Assembly (NCBI GenBank): GCA_049971295.1
Contig: JBMFLH010000061.1
Span: forward strand, 1 to 11,740
Reading direction: 5' to 3'
Source of the DNA: Candidatus Ratteibacteria bacterium
GTDB lineage: Bacteria; Ratteibacteria; UBA8468; B48-G9; DTJG01
DNA length: 11,740 nucleotides
The notes beneath the pieces are model-generated. The model saw nothing but the letters and a program-made list of their open reading frames with translations, was not told where the DNA came from and did not search any database. Position numbers and translations under genes: made by a program. Positions 8,502 to 11,740 of this stretch are shown here, one piece after another (the stretch's first letter is position 1; every line of letters starts with the position of its first letter).

Positions 8502-9549
8502 TCTGGTTGAGAAAATTGAGCAATTGAGCAGGGAATTTGAAGACCTTACATGTTTTATTTCTGATCCCGCCAGCAGTGGTTCTGTAGATTACAGAGAGAA
8601 AATCAAAAGAATTGGCGAAATTTCCGATATTGTGGAAAAAGGGAAAAAATATTTAGCTCTTATACATAAAATTGAACAACTTGAGGAACTGGCTCAGGAC
8701 GACTCATTGAAAGAAATTGTTGAAGAGGAATACGCATCTTTTTCACACCAAGTACAGGAACTGGAAAAAGAACTTGATGAGTACTTTTTTTCGTCCCCAG
8801 AAGACAAAAAAGATTGCATCGTTGAGATTCGCGCTGGTACAGGTGGTCAGGAGGCATGCCTTTTTGCAAGGGATCTGTTCAGAATGTATAGCAAATTTGC
8901 AGAATCAAAGGGTTGGGATATCGAGGTTTTTGACTTTCATGCGTCAGAATTAGGCGGATTTAAGGAAATCGTTTTTTTCGTTCGTGGTGAATACGCCTAT
9001 GGCAATTTTAAATATGAAAGCGGTGTTCACAGAGTTCAAAGAATCCCTGACACCGAATCGTCTGGAAGAATTCATACATCCGCAGCAACTGTTGCGGTTT
9101 TCCCTTGCGTCGAAGAAGACCAGATAAAAATCAATCCAGAAGACCTCAAAATTGAAACATTCTGCTCATCAGGTCATGGTGGTCAGAGTGTCAATACCAC
9201 CTATTCAGCAGTGAGAATTACGCATATTCCAACAGGTATTACTGTAAGATGTCAGGATGAGCGAAGTCAAATACAGAATCGAGCAAGAGCGATGAAAATT
9301 TTGAGAGCGAGAATTCAGGATATGATAAAGAATCAGAAAGAGCAGGAGCTTGCCCGTAAAAGAAAGGCGCAGATAAAATCAGGCGATAGAAGCGAAAAAA
9401 TCAGGACATATAATTTCCCTCAGAATAGACTTACAGACCATAGAATCGGTCTAACTTTATATAACCTGCAAGAAATTATGGAAGGAAAGATAGAATGCTT
9501 GATTTCTGAATTAAAAAAGGGGAGACAAAATGAAGAAACAAAGGTTTAA
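8473..9549 (+). CDS. prfA: Peptide chain release factor 1
   Basis: [24 protein letters not shown] with the RF1-specific PxT motif, [12 protein letters not shown] (catalytic GGQ), [35 protein letters not shown] 8473 (AGGA at 8463-8466) gives 358 aa, the normal RF1 size. The TTG at 8383 lies deep inside rpmE. Confidence 0.97.
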   Translation: MVIKHKERSDLVEKIEQLSREFEDLTCFISDPASSGSVDYREKIKRIGEISDIVEKGKKYLALIHKIEQLEELAQDDSLKEIVEEEYASFSHQVQELEKELDEYFFSSPEDKKDCIVEIRAGTGGQEACLFARDLFRMYSKFAESKGWDIEVFDFHASELGGFKEIVFFVRGEYAYGNFKYESGVHRVQRIPDTESSGRIHTSAATVAVFPCVEEDQIKINPEDLKIETFCSSGHGGQSVNTTYSAVRITHIPTGITVRCQDERSQIQNRARAMKILRARIQDMIKNQKEQELARKRKAQIKSGDRSEKIRTYNFPQNRLTDHRIGLTLYNLQEIMEGKIECLISELKKGRQNEETKV

Positions 9550-11395
9550 CACAATCATTCTATTGGTCTGTGTTGTGCTTATCTCTCGGGGATATGTTTT
9601 TGCTGCCGAAATGACAGAGAATATAAAGAAGGGGATTCTTAAGATGCAAATGAGTCGTCTTGATGATGCACGGAATTATTTTGAACGAGAAAAACAATCA
9701 AATCCTAAAAATGGTCTTGCCTATTACTATCTTGGCGAAGTTTATTACAGGCAGTCAGAATTTTCAAAGGCATTGGAACAGTATCAGAAAGCCATAGAGA
9801 TAGAACCAAATGAAGCAGCATATCATCTTGGCGCTGGTATCGCCTATCTTGCTCTCGGTCAAACAGACAAAGCTACTGAAGAGTTCCAGTCGATACTTAC
9901 TGCTGCACCCGGGACATACGAAGCAAAGGAAGCAGAACGACAACTTGCCAGAATTAAGGCAACAAGCAGGAACGAAGATATAATCAAAAAATGGCAGGAA
10001 GCAGAGAAAAATAAGGGAATTGAGATTGCTGTAAAAAAAGAAGAGATATTACAGGGACCTGTTCAGGCGGTCCAGACCGTTTCTGTTGAATCTGTGGTCA
10101 AGGATATGAGATTTGGCACAGAGACAAAAAGGAAAGAAGCAAGCAAAACATTGTATGGGTTCAGTGCCATTCAACTTGAACCGTTTCTGCCTGTATTCAT
10201 TGCCCAGATGGATAAAGAAAAAAACGAAGACATACGAAAGAACCTACTGCTTGTGATAGGGAAAACTCAAACGAAAGAGGCAGTGGACTATCTTTTCAGT
10301 GTGCTTGAAGGACAGGACTACTCATTTGATACAAAGATGGTTGCTCTTGCGGGTCTTTCTGAAACATTAAGTCCTGATGCAGCAGAACGGTTGAAGGATA
10401 TTCTTGACACGATGGTGACAAGAAAACAGAAGATGAGAGAAGATGCAAAGGCAAAAATTCAGTCAATAGAACAAAAGATGGATGATCTTGAGGCGCAAAA
10501 ACTGATTCTGACGAACGACAAAACAAAACTCAGGACAAAATTGCAGGAGATTTATAATAAATTGAATATGCAACCAGCAATGCCAGAAGGTGCCCAACCA
10601 CCTGTTCCAGGTGCTGTGCCGCCTGGAGTTGCGCCTGCACCAGCTGCTGGTGAACAACCGGTTGAAATGCTCACACCTGAACAGATAAAACAGTTAAGGG
10701 CTGAATTAAGAAAAACAGAAAATGATATTACCTTAAAAGAAAAGCAGGTTGAACGACTTGAAAAGCAGATAGAAAAGTTAAAGGAAGAAAGAGAAAAATA
10801 CCAGCGGGTTCTTGTGAGGAAATATAGTACAGGGACTGTGAAAGTTCTGGGAGTGACAAGAGCTGCACCATCTCAGCAGACCGGTCAAATGCCACCACAG
10901 ATGCCACCAACAATGGCTCCAGGGATGCCACCGGAAATGCCGCAGACGCCATTGCAACCATCAACATTTCAGGCAGGATCTGAAGAAGAACAGGAACAAT
11001 CCCTTGCTTTATCAATCATAAAGATTCTTGGTAGAATTGGCAAGCCAGCATACCTGCCAGTGATAGAAAAGGCATGGGATGAATACAGAGCAGATTCTTT
11101 TGATCTTGATTATGGCCTTGTTAGGGCGCAGCTTGGTTCGTATGAATACATTGAAAAACTTGTGGCAAGATTACAGGAAGATTATCCTTCATCAGATATG
11201 GACGAGGTTTATTTCCGCGCTGACATTGTAAAGGTACTGGGAAACTATCTCGCCAGCCATGAAAATCAGGAATATGCTGAACTGATTTCATATCTTGCTG
11301 AATCAGATCCCAACCAGGTTATAAAAATTGCGGCAAGCCAGGCGCTTTCTAAAATCAAGTCAAAAGAGGCAGAAAAAACTGCAAAGCAGACCTGA
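9530..11395 (+). CDS. Predicted exported TPR + HEAT-repeat protein with a long coiled-coil and Pro-rich insert; function unknown
   Basis: Sec-type signal peptide [29 protein letters not shown] consensus (AYYYLGEVYYRQSEFSKALEQYQKAIEIEPN; AYHLGAGIAYLALGQTDKATEEF). HEAT-like units (EDIRKNLLLVIGKTQTKEAVDYLFSVL; YFRADIVKVLG; DPNQVIKIAASQALSKI). Two heptad K/E/Q-rich segments and two Pro-rich tracts. SD GGGAG just upstream; overlaps prfA by 20 nt. Confidence 0.8.
   Translation: MKKQRFNTIILLVCVVLISRGYVFAAEMTENIKKGILKMQMSRLDDARNYFEREKQSNPKNGLAYYYLGEVYYRQSEFSKALEQYQKAIEIEPNEAAYHLGAGIAYLALGQTDKATEEFQSILTAAPGTYEAKEAERQLARIKATSRNEDIIKKWQEAEKNKGIEIAVKKEEILQGPVQAVQTVSVESVVKDMRFGTETKRKEASKTLYGFSAIQLEPFLPVFIAQMDKEKNEDIRKNLLLVIGKTQTKEAVDYLFSVLEGQDYSFDTKMVALAGLSETLSPDAAERLKDILDTMVTRKQKMREDAKAKIQSIEQKMDDLEAQKLILTNDKTKLRTKLQEIYNKLNMQPAMPEGAQPPVPGAVPPGVAPAPAAGEQPVEMLTPEQIKQLRAELRKTENDITLKEKQVERLEKQIEKLKEEREKYQRVLVRKYSTGTVKVLGVTRAAPSQQTGQMPPQMPPTMAPGMPPEMPQTPLQPSTFQAGSEEEQEQSLALSIIKILGRIGKPAYLPVIEKAWDEYRADSFDLDYGLVRAQLGSYEYIEKLVARLQEDYPSSDMDEVYFRADIVKVLGNYLASHENQEYAELISYLAESDPNQVIKIAASQALSKIKSKEAEKTAKQT
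10889..10948 (+). repeat. Five degenerate 12-nt tandem repeats encoding MPPQ-MPPT-MAPG-MPPE-MPQT
   Basis: atgccaccacag / atgccaccaaca / atggctccaggg / atgccaccggaa / atgccgcagacg, read directly and in frame. Confidence 0.8.
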
Positions 11396-11740
11396 AGCGC
11401 GCGTTTTATCGCTTATCAGGAAAGCCACACAATTGCTTTCTAACTCTGGCATTACCAATGCGACTTTTGAATCTGAAATGATCCTATCTCATATTTTGAA
11501 TGTTGAACGACATATGTTATACACCAGTCCACCGCCAATTACAGCCGATGTTGAAAAAAAGTTTCTTCGACTAATTTCAAAGAGATACAAACATGTTCCA
11601 GTTGCGTATATTTTGAAGTCGGCATATTTCTGGGGTTATCAATTTAAAATAGAACCCGGTGTCTTTATTCCAAGACCAGAAACAGAAACAATTATTGTCG
11701 CAGCAACTGAACTGATTAATAATCCAGAAGCAAAAATCAA
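11379..11740 (+). CDS. prmC: Release factor glutamine methyltransferase PrmC/HemK, 3'-truncated; start codon uncertain
   Basis: Not in the ORF track because it runs off the window. Manual translation: ...LSLIRKATQLLSNSGITNATFESEMILSHILNVERHMLY...KRYKHVPVAYILKSAYFWGYQFKIEPGVFIPRPETETII. This is the PrmC N-domain plus the signature VFIPRPETE. Position near prfA agrees. Confidence 0.92.
   Translation, partial: MQSRPEARVLSLIRKATQLLSNSGITNATFESEMILSHILNVERHMLYTSPPPITADVEKKFLRLISKRYKHVPVAYILKSAYFWGYQFKIEPGVFIPRPETETIIVAATELINNPEAKI

Noticed and set aside
9154..9210. RF1 variant [11 protein letters not shown] (Cys for the usual Arg), and a second GGQ in AGTGGQEA
   Set aside because: FCSSG-type variants occur in other bacterial RF1s to my knowledge. 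The catalytic GGQ and PxT are intact, and the other GGQ is a variant of the GG(D/E)EA motif.
915..11395. None of the eight visible stop codons is TAG, hinting at amber recoding
   Set aside because: The sample is tiny, TAG is normally the rarest stop, an intact RF1 is encoded here, and no gene is interrupted by an in-frame TAG.

Overview
AT-rich bacterial chromosomal window with every credible gene on the + strand and very little intergenic DNA. In order: the 3' part of an MFS transporter; a compact addB-addA (RexBA-type) helicase-nuclease pair; a short L-fucose-isomerase-family enzyme with no pathway neighbours; a membrane-anchored GerMN-domain protein; rpmE (Zn-binding L31); prfA (RF1); a 621-aa predicted exported TPR/HEAT/coiled-coil/Pro-rich protein; and the 5' part of prmC, which the ORF track misses. 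From 6257 to the window end every gene overlaps the next. I see no mobile element, CRISPR array, RNA gene or defence island, so most of the window is housekeeping. The least explained element is the TPR-HEAT-coiled-coil gene that splits the normally adjacent prfA and prmC. Smaller oddities are the non-ATG start of prmC, the small AddA, a Q-to-E change in the AddB nuclease motif, and an inverted repeat over the putative addB promoter. All calls come from motif reading by eye; no database searches were run.
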